Of a stretch of 64,000 nucleotides of DNA, positions 10,213 through 20,316 are shown one piece after another. The stretch is taken from NCBI RefSeq assembly GCF_988243305.1, contig NZ_OZ547136.1; one strand, 5' to 3'. Below the pieces are notes generated by a model. The model was not told where the DNA came from. It made no database searches and saw nothing but the letters and a program-made list of their open reading frames with translations. A program made the translations under genes and the position numbers. Positions within the stretch are counted from its first letter, which is position 1, and each line of letters begins with the position of its first letter.

Positions 10213-11031
10213 ATGCGACTAGCCAGTCGTTTTGGTTATGCGAACCAGATACGCCGTGACCGTCCGCTGACACACGAAGAACTGATGCACTATGTGCCGG
10301 GGATTTTCGGGGAAGATAAACACACGTCCCGAAGCCAGAACTATACGTACATCCCCACCATCACCGTACTGGAAAGCCTGCAGCGGGAAGGCTTTCAGCC
10401 ATTCTTCGCCTGCCAGACCCGTGTGCGCGACCCGGGCCGCCGGGGATACACAAAACACATGCTGCGTCTGCGGCGGGCCGGAGAGATAAACGGAGAACAT
10501 GTCCCTGAAATTATTCTGCTCAACTCTCATGACGGTACCTCCAGCTACCAGATGCTGCCGGGTTACTTCAGGTTCGTCTGCCAGAACGGATGCGTCTGTG
10601 GTCAGTCTCTGGGGGAAGTGCGTGTTCCGCACCGGGGAAATGTGGTGGACAGAGTCATTGAAGGGGCTTACGAGGTGGTGGGCGTGTTTGACCGGATTGA
10701 GGAAAAGCGTGATGCCATGCAGTCGCTGATTCTGCCGCCACCGGCACGCCAGGCGCTGGCACAGGCGGCACTGACTTACCGTTATGGTGACGAACATCAG
10801 CCCGTCACCACCGCCGACATTCTGACGCCACGACGCCGGGAGGATTACGGTAAGGACCTGTGGAGTGCTTATCAGACCATTCAGGAGAATATGCTGAAAG
10901 GCGGAATTTCAGGTCGCAGCGCTAAAGGAAAACGTATCCATACCCGTGCCATTCACAGCATTGACACTGACATTAAGCTCAACCGCGCATTGTGGGTGAT
11001 GGCGGAAACCCTGCTGGAGAGCCTGCGCTGA
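10213..11031 (+). CDS. DUF932 family protein (YfjQ/YafZ-like)
   Basis: 272-aa ORF with aaggag RBS; length and position match the YfjQ/YafZ family of CP4 prophage-like islands. Confidence 0.6.
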   Translation: MRLASRFGYANQIRRDRPLTHEELMHYVPGIFGEDKHTSRSQNYTYIPTITVLESLQREGFQPFFACQTRVRDPGRRGYTKHMLRLRRAGEINGEHVPEIILLNSHDGTSSYQMLPGYFRFVCQNGCVCGQSLGEVRVPHRGNVVDRVIEGAYEVVGVFDRIEEKRDAMQSLILPPPARQALAQAALTYRYGDEHQPVTTADILTPRRREDYGKDLWSAYQTIQENMLKGGISGRSAKGKRIHTRAIHSIDTDIKLNRALWVMAETLLESLR

Positions 11032-11085
11032 TTCAGCCATTACCCTGAAAACCACGCATTTATTTGTCCTTTAAGGAGTCATTTC

Positions 11086-11571
11086 ATGAAAACCATTTCA
11101 CATAATTCCACCACATCTTCTGTTTCCGTAACCGCTGCATCAGGGAATGACCAGCCTCAGTTGGTTGCCACCCTCGTCCCTGATGAACAGCGCATCAGCT
11201 TCTGGCCGCAGCACTTTGGCCTCATTCCACAGTGGGTGACCCTGGAGCCCCGTGTCTTCGGCTGGATGGACCGTCTGTGTGAAGACTACTGCGGTGGTAT
11301 CTGGAATCTGTACACCCTGAACAACGGCGGGGCATTTATGGCACCCGAACCGGATGACGATGATGACGAAACATGGGTACTGTTCAATGCCATGAACGGT
11401 AACCGCGCTGAAATGAGTCCGGAAGCTGCCGGCATTGCTGCCTGTCTGATGACGTACAGTCATCATGCCTGTCGTACGGAGTGTTATGCCATGACGGTCC
11501 ATTATTACCGGCTGCGGGATTACGCCCTGCAGCATCCGGAATGCAGCGCCATTATGCGCATCATCGACTGA
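11086..11571 (+). CDS. antirestriction protein (ArdB/KlcA-like, YfjX/YafX family)
   Basis: 161-aa ORF, aaggag RBS, acidic DDDDDE stretch; conserved position upstream of the radC-like gene. Confidence 0.6.
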   Translation: MKTISHNSTTSSVSVTAASGNDQPQLVATLVPDEQRISFWPQHFGLIPQWVTLEPRVFGWMDRLCEDYCGGIWNLYTLNNGGAFMAPEPDDDDDETWVLFNAMNGNRAEMSPEAAGIAACLMTYSHHACRTECYAMTVHYYRLRDYALQHPECSAIMRIID

Positions 11572-11586
11572 ATGGAGAGAAGTACA

Positions 11587-12063
11587 ATGCAACAGCTTTC
11601 CTTTCTGCCCGGAGAGATGACGCCCGGCGAGCGCAGCCTCATTCAACGGGCCCTGAAAACCCTGGACCGCCATCTTCATGAACCCGGCGTGGCCTTCACC
11701 TCCACCCGTGCGGCACGAGAATGGCTGATTCTGAACATGGCGGGACTGGAGCGTGAAGAGTTCCGGGTGCTGTATCTGAACAACCAGAATCAGCTGATTG
11801 CCGGTGAAACCCTCTTCACCGGCACCATCAACCGCACGGAAGTCCATCCCCGTGAAGTGATTAAACGCGCCCTGTATCACAATGCCGCTGCTGTGGTGCT
11901 GGCACACAATCACCCGTCCGGTGAAGTCACACCCAGCAAGGCAGACCGCCTTATCACGGAACGTCTGGTACAGGCACTGGGCCTGGTGGATATCCGGGTG
12001 CCGGACCATCTGATAGTCGGTGGCAGCCAGGTTTTCTCCTTTGCCGAACATGGTCTGCTTTAA
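11587..12063 (+). CDS. yeeS: RadC-like JAB-domain protein
   Basis: JAMM-like motif HNHPSGEVTPSKADRLIT; K-12 YeeS-like N-terminus MQQLSFLPGEMTPGERS at ATG 11587 (ORF-track start 11572). Confidence 0.75.
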   Translation: MQQLSFLPGEMTPGERSLIQRALKTLDRHLHEPGVAFTSTRAAREWLILNMAGLEREEFRVLYLNNQNQLIAGETLFTGTINRTEVHPREVIKRALYHNAAAVVLAHNHPSGEVTPSKADRLITERLVQALGLVDIRVPDHLIVGGSQVFSFAEHGLL

Positions 12064-12125
12064 CCCGTCACAACCACATCACACCTGTTTTCACTTTTAT
12101 CTTCTGTCTTCAGAGGTATCCCACT

Positions 12126-12347
12126 ATGAAAATCATCACCCGTGGCGAAGCCATGCGTATTCACCGTCAGCATCCGGCATCCCGTCTTTTTCCGTTCTGT
12201 ACCGGCAAATACCGCTGGCACGGCAGTGCTGAAGCGTATACCGGTCGTGAAGTGCAGGATATTCCCGGTGTGCTGGCCGTATTTGCAGAACGCCGTAAGG
12301 ACAGTTTTGGTCCGTATGTCCGGCTGATGAGCGTCACCCTGAACTGA
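12126..12347 (+). CDS. yeeT: DUF987 small protein
   Basis: 73-aa ORF MKIITRGEAMRIHRQHPASRLFPFCTGKYRWHG, in the conserved position upstream of cbeA. Confidence 0.6.
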   Translation: MKIITRGEAMRIHRQHPASRLFPFCTGKYRWHGSAEAYTGREVQDIPGVLAVFAERRKDSFGPYVRLMSVTLN

Positions 12348-12509
12348 TGTTCCGTCACCCGGAAAACGAGTACGACTGGCTGAGCTCAGACGCCGCTGTG
12401 GATGAGGTCCTGCTCATCAACGAATACACCTTTACCGAAGCCGGTCTGCGCGCCGGCTGACCCGTCATCGTTAAACTATCATTCACCGATTTTCTGTGAG
12501 GATTTTATC

Positions 12510-12878
12510 GTGTCAGACACACTTTCCGGGACAACGCATCCCGATGACAATGACGACCATCCCTGGTGGGGACTACCCTGCACAGTGACGCCCTGTTTCG
12601 GCGCCCGTCTGGTGCAGGAGGGTAACCGCCTGCATTACCTTGCCGACCGCGCCGGTATCAGAGGCCTGTTCAGCGATGCAGATGCGTACCACCTGGACCA
12701 GGCCTTTCCGCTGCTGATGAAACAACTGGAACTCATGCTCACCAGCGGTGAACTGAATCCCCGCCATCAGCATACCGTCACGCTGTATGCAAAAGGTCTG
12801 ACCTGCAAAGCTGACACTCTCGGTAGCGGTGGTTACGTTTATCTGGCTGTTTATCCGACGCCCGAAACGAAAAAGTAA
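12510..12878 (+). CDS. cbeA: CbeA antitoxin (YeeU family, type IV TA)
   Basis: In-frame GTG at 12510 gives a 122-aa product [38 protein letters not shown]...; the ORF-track start at 12402 is probably an upstream extension. Confidence 0.8.
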   Translation: MSDTLSGTTHPDDNDDHPWWGLPCTVTPCFGARLVQEGNRLHYLADRAGIRGLFSDADAYHLDQAFPLLMKQLELMLTSGELNPRHQHTVTLYAKGLTCKADTLGSGGYVYLAVYPTPETKK

Positions 12879-12967
12879 ACCACCGGAATAACCTTCTGCT
12901 CCGGCCTGGTGCTTTCACCACGCCACTTTTCCATTTTTCATCTCTGCATATCAGGAAAACCTTCAGT

Positions 12968-13342
12968 ATGAAAACATTACCCGATACACACGTACGGGAG
13001 GCATCGAGCTGCCCGTCTCCCGTCACCATCTGGCAGACTCTGCTCTCCCGACTACTGGGCCAGCATTACGGCCTTACACTGAATGACACACCGTTCGCCG
13101 ATGAACGTGTGATTGAGCAGCATATTGAAGCTGGCATTTCACTGTGTGATGCGGTGAATTTTCTCGTGGAAAAATACGCGCTGGTGCGTACCGACCAGCC
13201 GGGATTCAGCACTTGTCCCCGCTCTCAGTTAATAAACAGTATTGATATCCTCCGGGCTCGCAGGGCGACCGGCCTGATGACCCGCGACAATTACAGAACG
13301 GTAAATAACATTACCCTGGGTAAGCATCCGGAGAAACGATGA
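12968..13342 (+). CDS. cbtA: CbtA toxin (YeeV family; cytoskeleton-targeting)
   Basis: 124-aa ORF immediately downstream of cbe[71 protein letters not shown]. Confidence 0.8.
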   Translation: MKTLPDTHVREASSCPSPVTIWQTLLSRLLGQHYGLTLNDTPFADERVIEQHIEAGISLCDAVNFLVEKYALVRTDQPGFSTCPRSQLINSIDILRARRATGLMTRDNYRTVNNITLGKHPEKR

Positions 13343-13827
13343 AACTTTCCCTGATGCTGGAAGCCGACAGAATTAATGTGCAGGCACTGAACATGGGGCG
13401 AATTGTCGTTGACGTCGATGGTGTTAATCTCACTGAACTGATTAACAAGGTCGCTGAAAACGGTTATTCACTCCGCGTGGTGGAGGAATCCGACCAACAG
13501 TCAACCTGCACACTACCACCGTTTGCAACCCTTGCCGGCATACGCTGCAGTACCGCACATATCACGGAAAAGGATAACGCCTGGCTGTACTCGCTGTCGC
13601 ATCAGACCAGTGACGTTGGTGAATCAGAATGGATTCATTTCACAGGTAGCGGATATCTGTTACGTACCGATGCGTGGTCATATCCGGTTCTGCGGCTTAA
13701 ACGCCTGGGGCTGTCAAAAACGTTCCGTCGTCTGGTTATCACACTTACCCGACGTTATGGCGTCAGTCTCATTCATCTGGATGCCAGCGCTGAATGCCTG
13801 CCGGGTTTACCCACTTTCAACTGGTAA
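13339..13827 (+). CDS. yeeW: YeeW-like protein
   Basis: 162-aa ORF overlapping the cbtA stop by 4 bp (ATGA), the position yeeW holds in CP4-44. Confidence 0.5.
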   Translation: MKLSLMLEADRINVQALNMGRIVVDVDGVNLTELINKVAENGYSLRVVEESDQQSTCTLPPFATLAGIRCSTAHITEKDNAWLYSLSHQTSDVGESEWIHFTGSGYLLRTDAWSYPVLRLKRLGLSKTFRRLVITLTRRYGVSLIHLDASAECLPGLPTFNW

Positions 13828-13838
13828 CCAGGAACAAC

Positions 13839-14036
13839 ATGAAATCATTAACCACGGAAACCGCACTGGATATTCTGATTGCGTGGCTGCAGGACAATAT
13901 CGACTGCGAATCGGGAATTATCTTTGACAACAATGAGGATAAAACGGATTCAGCAGCACTGTTGCCCTGTATCGAACAGGCCAGAGAGGATATCCGTACC
14001 CTGCGCCAACTGCAGCTTCAGCACCAGAACCGGTGA
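13839..14036 (+). CDS. small hypothetical protein (65 aa)
   Basis: ATG at 13839 preceded by aggaa; followed by a clear terminator. Confidence 0.35.
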   Translation: MKSLTTETALDILIAWLQDNIDCESGIIFDNNEDKTDSAALLPCIEQAREDIRTLRQLQLQHQNR

Positions 14037-14066
14037 GTCTTACTCACCAGACTTCATTCCACTGAC

Positions 14067-14097
14067 GCCAGCCTGAACAGGGCTGGCATTTTCATTT
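14067..14097 (+). terminator. rho-independent terminator
   Basis: Stem gccagcc (14067-14073) / ggctggc (14081-14087), loop tgaacag, then attttcattt. Confidence 0.6.
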
Positions 14098-14753
14098 ATC
14101 TGCAAAAAGGAATATCGATTATGTCTGATATCACAGCCTACCGTCCGGAAGTGGTCAACGAGAATACGGACGTTATCTGCTCAACCAGCATCCGCCGCAT
14201 TCTGGCTGTACGAAAGAGTTCACTGCTGCAAATCGACACAATTATCCGGCATCAAGTGAGCGATATCAGTTAACAGATATAGATGGAGAAGATGCTTTTA
14301 TCCGGATTGGTTCTATCGCGATGGTGCGAGTACTACTTGATGCAATGAAGCCTGTCGAGGAAGATGACGAGTAACAGAGCTCGGTATCTCAATCAGGAGC
14401 TGATTGTCCTGGTTCGATGCCGAAAACCAGTGATTTTTCGTGTTGGTATCTGTGTTGGTATAAGATGATATTGTTTATTATTAACAATTTTAAATCATGA
14501 GGTTAAGTCACATGTTTGAGTCCGGCCTTCGCACCTTCGCACCTTCGCACCATCGGAACATCAATAGACATCAACGGACGTTTTTTTATGACTGAAATCC
14601 GCGCCACACAAGGCTTTTCGCTATTTTTCGCTCAACCTAAGTCAACCTACATCAACTTACTGATGTGGATACAGCTACAGCTGCGGCTATACCCCGATTC
14701 GATAATGTTTGTACCCACACAAAACCCTTGAAAGGCTACAAGGCTGAAATTGT

Positions 14754-15238
14754 CTAAACCATAGAGATGATTTTTATGATCCAGTCTTTCTCTTGTTGAG
14801 ATAGTTCCAGTTTGCTCACTCGTGTTAAGAAGGTATTGATCACCTGAACATCCGAATTGGTGAGCCTATTTAATAGAGCGGGTGGTATACCTTTACTAAC
14901 AATCGCTTTGCGGTGACTTTCGTAGTTTTTATTACTCATTGTTGATCCTAAAAAATCATTGTATGGCGGCATTGATCGTTTCCAGCAACCTTTACTTACT
15001 CACTTCGAACTGCATCCTCGTAGACTGTTCCACTACAATAATCGAAAAGGCGCGGATGTCCATTCAGGTATCCCGCTAATACGTATAGCAATAACAATGG
15101 CTTATGCGGCGCGCGCTGTTCACCCTTGTGCCAGATTTTTATATTGGCAATTGCCTGCTGTAGCGATTTACTGGAAGCTATTGATATCCCTGGCAGTGAA
15201 ATAATTGCGATCATGCTCGCAAATTTTCTGCTGTTCAA
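14754..15238 (-). pseudogene. possible disrupted gene (two adjacent short ORFs, 80 aa and 72 aa)
   Basis: ORFs 14996..15238 and 14754..14972 on the same strand in different frames separated by 23 bp; divergent from the HNH gene; no recognisable family. Confidence 0.25.
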
Positions 15239-15317
15239 GCCTGCAAGTGAAGATATATTACCTTGATCTCATTTGTTTTTTTGCTGCCTGTTCTGAGAAC
15301 GTATAAGGACATTCTCC

Positions 15318-15968
15318 ATGAATAAACTCCCTGATCATCTTCCGCGGCGGTATATCATCGAAGCTATCCATTTATGGGATGCGGGAGAAACTCATCAGTT
15401 CCAGCCTGCGCGGTTGTATGAGATTGAATATCATGGCCGACGTTACCCCTCGAAGGCGATTGCTGGCATCGCAGCGACATTGATGACGGGGACGCAATTT
15501 ACCCCTGCGGATTTCACCGGCGGAATAAAATCTAAATGTGTCAAGCTACTCATAGAGCAGGGATTTCATATTCATCTGGATAAAGCCGCTGCGGCTCCCA
15601 TAGCCGACGTTCTGTTCCCGGATGAGTTGCCGTCGCAGGAGACATACCTTGAAGGTGCGGCGATAAAGGTGACAGTAAACCGCTATGAACGCGATAAAAA
15701 GGCCCGAGATAAAGCGGTCGAACATCATGGATGCCAGTGCAACGTATGCGGTGTTGATCTGGTGAAGATCTATGGTGATATCGCTGAAGGCTTTATCCAT
15801 GTGCATCACCTGGTGCCGCTGTCAGCCATTAAAGAGGATTACCAGCTGGATCCAGTTAATGATTTGCTGCCTGTGTACCCTAATTGCCATGCGATGTTGC
15901 ACCGACGCAAACCACCGTTTACGCCGGAGCAGTTAAAAGCGCTGATGGATGCGAATAAATCAAATTAA
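15318..15968 (+). CDS. HNH endonuclease family protein
   Basis: 216-aa ORF; C-terminal HNH signature CQCNVCG ... HVHHLVPLS ... NCHAMLH (two Cys pairs flanking His/Asn catalytic positions); N-terminal about 120 aa of unknown function. Confidence 0.7.
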   Translation: MNKLPDHLPRRYIIEAIHLWDAGETHQFQPARLYEIEYHGRRYPSKAIAGIAATLMTGTQFTPADFTGGIKSKCVKLLIEQGFHIHLDKAAAAPIADVLFPDELPSQETYLEGAAIKVTVNRYERDKKARDKAVEHHGCQCNVCGVDLVKIYGDIAEGFIHVHHLVPLSAIKEDYQLDPVNDLLPVYPNCHAMLHRRKPPFTPEQLKALMDANKSN

Positions 15969-15975
15969 TGAACGC

Positions 15976-16956
15976 TCACCTTTCGCGCCAAAACTGCAAA
16001 ATTGCTTCTACAAACTTGTCAGAAATAATCCCCCGACGGGCTGCCGTGCTGAAATGACTGCTTCGCAGTGCCGTCGTCCAGTTCTCCGGTGACCGGTACG
16101 CTGAACCGTAATATCCCGTGCTTAAATCGTCCGGGTCTTCATCAGGCGCGTTCGTCAGTCCTCTTTCACCTTGTTGCTGGAAGTCGACGAAAATAATATT
16201 GGCTAAAACATTATTTTGATAATTGCCATAAATAACTTCATACGCATGAGGGAAATTTTCTTTCCAGTACCAGGTGGTATCGCCGCAAAACCACGGTGCG
16301 TCAGTAATATTATTAAGCTGAGAATGGTATTGTTTTAGATCCCTACGAAAGGCTTCAACCATATGATTAAAGTGTTGAGGGTGTGACGCGTAGTCACTGG
16401 TCATTAAGTCAAATTCGCCTTGCATCCAGCATACGCCGAGGAATTTGTTATGCGGATTTTTTGCCAGTGCGGCTCGCGTTCTGCTGACTAAATCCTGGTA
16501 TAGCGGAGTATCCGTTCCCCAACGACAAGCATCATGGCTGGCTCCGTGCCGTTCTGAATATGTTCCTTCGCTGCCCGCGGTAAAAGCCGATCCGCCACGG
16601 CAACACGGAACGATGAGAACCCCTGCATTATCAGGAATAAAGGGCAGTAATTTCCGTGCTATATGCAGTGCCTGGCCAACGGTGCCGTACTGTGTTTGAT
16701 GATTCGTTGCCAGAGGATGGTGATAACCCTGCATATCCTGAACATCGTGTGGGCAGTGAGTCAGTGGAATAATGTCGTTAAAGTGACATGACGGGCCTCC
16801 GGGATGCGTATGCGCAAATCTCGCTAATTGTTTAATTCTGGGATGAGGCGCATCTTCCCTGTCCGGTAATGGCAGTCCTTCGCCATACGCCATGGCATTA
16901 GACTGACCAGCAACGGTAAGAATATAGTAATAATCAGGCGATATTATTGCGTTCAT
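15976..16956 (-). CDS. nanS: N-acetyl-9-O-acetylneuraminate esterase
   Basis: ORF 15976..16983; K-12-like N-terminus MNAIISPDYYYILTVAGQSNAMAYGEG starts at ATG 16956; 326 aa. Confidence 0.85.
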   Translation of the reverse strand: MNAIISPDYYYILTVAGQSNAMAYGEGLPLPDREDAPHPRIKQLARFAHTHPGGPSCHFNDIIPLTHCPHDVQDMQGYHHPLATNHQTQYGTVGQALHIARKLLPFIPDNAGVLIVPCCRGGSAFTAGSEGTYSERHGASHDACRWGTDTPLYQDLVSRTRAALAKNPHNKFLGVCWMQGEFDLMTSDYASHPQHFNHMVEAFRRDLKQYHSQLNNITDAPWFCGDTTWYWKENFPHAYEVIYGNYQNNVLANIIFVDFQQQGERGLTNAPDEDPDDLSTGYYGSAYRSPENWTTALRSSHFSTAARRGIISDKFVEAILQFWRER

Positions 16957-17020
16957 ATAAATTTCGCGTAATTGAAATGACAAATTGATAGCAGGGCCCC
17001 TTTACCGGGGCCCTGAAGCG

Positions 17021-18127
17021 TTAGTTTTGTACTGTGACTTTATTATCCTTCACAGAAATTAAAACTGAATCCATCACTGCTTTGCCGCCTGCAGTTTCAC
17101 CGCCAATAATTAATAAACTATTATTCCAGGGCAATGATACTCCGTAGGCCCGACCTTGCGATAATTCACCCGATTTATCCCATTTCCCGTTATACCAAAG
17201 ATGAATATCAACGCTATATGATTTTTTCAGGCCTTCATGCGCATAGTTCTTACCGTTCTGGTAATTTTCTCGTGAACCTTTGAATCCGGCCCCTCCAGCA
17301 AATATAAGAGAATCATTGCTTATCCCCGCAAAACCGCCAGCGACGCCATCTGGTGATGAGACGGGATCAAGCTTATTCCATTTTAAATTATCACCGGTGA
17401 AGTCAAGTTCAAATACGGCATCCGTTCGCAATCCTGGTTTGGCTTCGCCATTAATAAGCCAGGTTTTATCACCTTTATTCACAACCGCCGCACCAGCCGT
17501 TCCGTACCAGGGAGATTCGCCAGCGTAACTCCATTGCTGTGTTGAGGGATCAAAAGACAACAGAAACTTATTGAAGAAATAATCTTCTGCTTTTTTGTCA
17601 AAATAGTAGGCGTTGATTTTATCTATAGCGGTTGAATCTTTTCCAGCTTCGTTGAGATCTTCAAAATAGCCATTGAAGATATTCTGGTTAACACCGCCAG
17701 TAACATAAGCCTTGCCGTTGTGTACAAAAGTCACATGGCCCGCCATGCCCATCGGCGCGTGCGACATCAATTTAACCCAGCTATTGGTTTTGGGGTTGTA
17801 TTTGTGTACGTCATTAAATACCTGAGTCAAGCCCTCGCTGTTTTTGCCAATGCCGCCAAACACATACAGATTGCCATCAATAAATGCAGAGGTTGCTTGA
17901 TCTCTCGGTCCGCCAGGGAATGCAGCTAACGCTGTCCATCTTTTATCTTTGGCCTGTGTATCCAGCTTGTACCATGCCGTACCTGCGCTACCTAAACCAA
18001 TGTAGACAGTGTCGTTATCAATTGCTCCGGTACCACTTTTAAATGGCACAGGAGTTTCCGGTAATACAGACGCGTTTGCGGCAAATGAAGCCATTATGAT
18101 AGTAAGCGCCGTTATTGTTTTATTCAT
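17021..18127 (-). CDS. nanM: N-acetylneuraminate epimerase (sialic acid mutarotase, Kelch repeats)
   Basis: ORF 17021..18235; signal peptide MNKTITALTIIMASFAANA at ATG 18127 preceded by aggag; 368 aa. Confidence 0.85.
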   Translation of the reverse strand: MNKTITALTIIMASFAANASVLPETPVPFKSGTGAIDNDTVYIGLGSAGTAWYKLDTQAKDKRWTALAAFPGGPRDQATSAFIDGNLYVFGGIGKNSEGLTQVFNDVHKYNPKTNSWVKLMSHAPMGMAGHVTFVHNGKAYVTGGVNQNIFNGYFEDLNEAGKDSTAIDKINAYYFDKKAEDYFFNKFLLSFDPSTQQWSYAGESPWYGTAGAAVVNKGDKTWLINGEAKPGLRTDAVFELDFTGDNLKWNKLDPVSSPDGVAGGFAGISNDSLIFAGGAGFKGSRENYQNGKNYAHEGLKKSYSVDIHLWYNGKWDKSGELSQGRAYGVSLPWNNSLLIIGGETAGGKAVMDSVLISVKDNKVTVQN

Positions 18128-18146
18128 TGTGACTGTCTCCTGTCTA

Positions 18147-18863
18147 CTACAGTTTAAATGACACACCAATGCGATAACTGTTTTCCGATAAATTATCTCT
18201 GCCGTTGTAAACACCCTGACGGTCAAGGTAGTCATATTCTATGTATGGCGTAATATCGGGCGTCATATGGTATTGTAGAACAAATGCATTTTCCGTCGCC
18301 CATTTCTTATGGTTTGCATAGCGATAATCGTTCTGTTTACTGTATAGCGTCGTTTGCCATGCGAAGGTGAAATCACTATTAATATGGTAAGTGACATATC
18401 CATCCCAACGATGAACGTTATCACGAGACATATCACCAGATAAGTCTTGTTGTCGGTAAGCTTTCCAGTCGTAACGATAGCGAATGCCAAAATTAAGATC
18501 TTTTGTCGCGTCCCAGGACAGTTTTACGTAGGGTCCGTAGCGTGTGCCATTGCTGCTAAAATGCGTTAACATTCCCGGGCGCACCGTCCATTGATCATCA
18601 AGTTTAATCGCGTAATTAACTTCAACCTGAACATCATTGAGTGCGGCATTTTCCTTTTTATTATCATGAATGGTATTCCAGGTATTACTTTCCATGCTTG
18701 CCCACCATCCATTTTGCCATCCCTCACTGACTTTGAGTCGAGTCTCATAGGCGTGGCTTCCACTACGATATCCACCACGTACGTCCAGTGTCGCAGCCTG
18801 AGAAATTAATGGGGACGAAAAGCACAGTAATAATACGCTAGAAAGTATTTTAGCCTTTTTCAT
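18147..18863 (-). CDS. nanC: N-acetylneuraminic acid outer membrane channel (KdgM family)
   Basis: ORF 18147..18872; MKKAKILSSVLLLCFSSPLISQA signal peptide from ATG 18863; beta-barrel-like alternating pattern. Confidence 0.85.
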   Translation of the reverse strand: MKKAKILSSVLLLCFSSPLISQAATLDVRGGYRSGSHAYETRLKVSEGWQNGWWASMESNTWNTIHDNKKENAALNDVQVEVNYAIKLDDQWTVRPGMLTHFSSNGTRYGPYVKLSWDATKDLNFGIRYRYDWKAYRQQDLSGDMSRDNVHRWDGYVTYHINSDFTFAWQTTLYSKQNDYRYANHKKWATENAFVLQYHMTPDITPYIEYDYLDRQGVYNGRDNLSENSYRIGVSFKL

Positions 18864-20316
18864 AAATTTCACTCATTTGTAGGATACAGAAAGCAATACA
18901 AAGCCCGCATAAACAATTAGCATTTATGTTGTGTAATATTTTTTTGCCAGGCTTATAGTGTCTTTGGCAACCGGTAGCTGTATTTTATATTTTTTGTATA
19001 ATATCTCCTGTGAAAAATCTCTTTCCACATTATTTAAATAAACAGAGGGCCAGATTAAATACCTGAGTATAAAATCTCTGCTGATGTTTAATTGATTTGA
19101 ATTTTCGTAAGCTATATCGCTTACTCAATCCATTTTACCCAGAGTCATAAAATAGAGTGTCTGTTGATCTCATTTTCATATTCCTTTCAGACTGAAGTGC
19201 GTTTTCATCACCCGATGAGAAAGAACTGAAGTGATGTTTGCCATAGATTACGAGATGCCCAGTCTCATTGACTATCGCGGTGCACCTTTATACCTGTTAT
19301 ACCAGATCAAAAATCACGCAATCCATACAACAAAACCAGATTTGCAATTCGTGTCACAAAATATGTCGATCTTTTCCTAAGAAGCAGATGCCATGTGAAG
19401 CCAGACGAACACTTGCATTGGTCTTCAAAAACTAAAGGTTTTCTTTTAACAATCTGTTTTGTAAATAATTTATTTAGAATCTAAACAAAGAAAGCTTTGC
19501 AAGCTAACTCAGTGAGCTTGGTGAAAATAAGTGTTTACCCGCCATCAGGCTGAGTATAATTCTCATCATGAAATATGTTTCTTGGTTTGTGGCTTGTAAC
19601 TGGTCACTCCTGATGTCGATCTGGAGAGGCTTGTTGATGTTGGTGTTTTCAGGATGATGTTTCACTTAGTTTGTTTGCCGTATCGCCCGGCGAATAGCTG
19701 TGATTGAGGAAGGTTTAAGTCGTAGTGACCAAAGCCATAGTTACCAACGGATGTAGATGAAAAAGCGTCGCCTGCGTTCCCCCATATCTCCAGGATAAAA
19801 GGGAATGTAACAATCTCATGGCCTAAGCTGACGAACCAGGCAGGAATAATCGCTAGGGATCTAAGAATTAGCATGATAATAGCCACTAAGAAATTACTGC
19901 GTTCCATGAAATAGCCATTTTGTGGCAAATGGAGTTGACTAATAATGTCATATGTGAGACGGCTAGTTGAACGAATATTAAATTTTGCTGAATTTTTTAT
20001 GTTGATTTTACTTGTTACAGAACATATCACATGATATATAGATAAGATTAGTTGCATTAATGATGAGGGTTATTATTAGATTCGTATCAGATTGATAAAT
20101 ATATAAAGGTACATAGCATGCAAGAGCATGGCGTTTGTATGGCAAAGTTATTATAAGTAACTATCGCTACTCCATTTAAGTTCGCTCAGAAGAACTGGTC
20201 CACTTACGTTAGTTATTAAGCAAACGTTCGCTTTTATAAACATAATCAGGATTAAAATGTTGGATTATTGCTAACCCAGCACAGCTAGTGCGCGTCTGTA
20301 ATTATAAGGGAAAACG

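Noticed and set aside
14514-14546. ccttcgcac x3 tandem repeat as a possible CRISPR or regulatory array
   Set aside because: Only three 9-bp units with no spacers; too short for CRISPR; likely slippage in decayed DNA
19662-20057. 131-aa minus-strand ORF in the nanC-fimB spacer
   Set aside because: Low-complexity, AT-rich, no RBS; the region is a known regulatory spacer; kept only as a note
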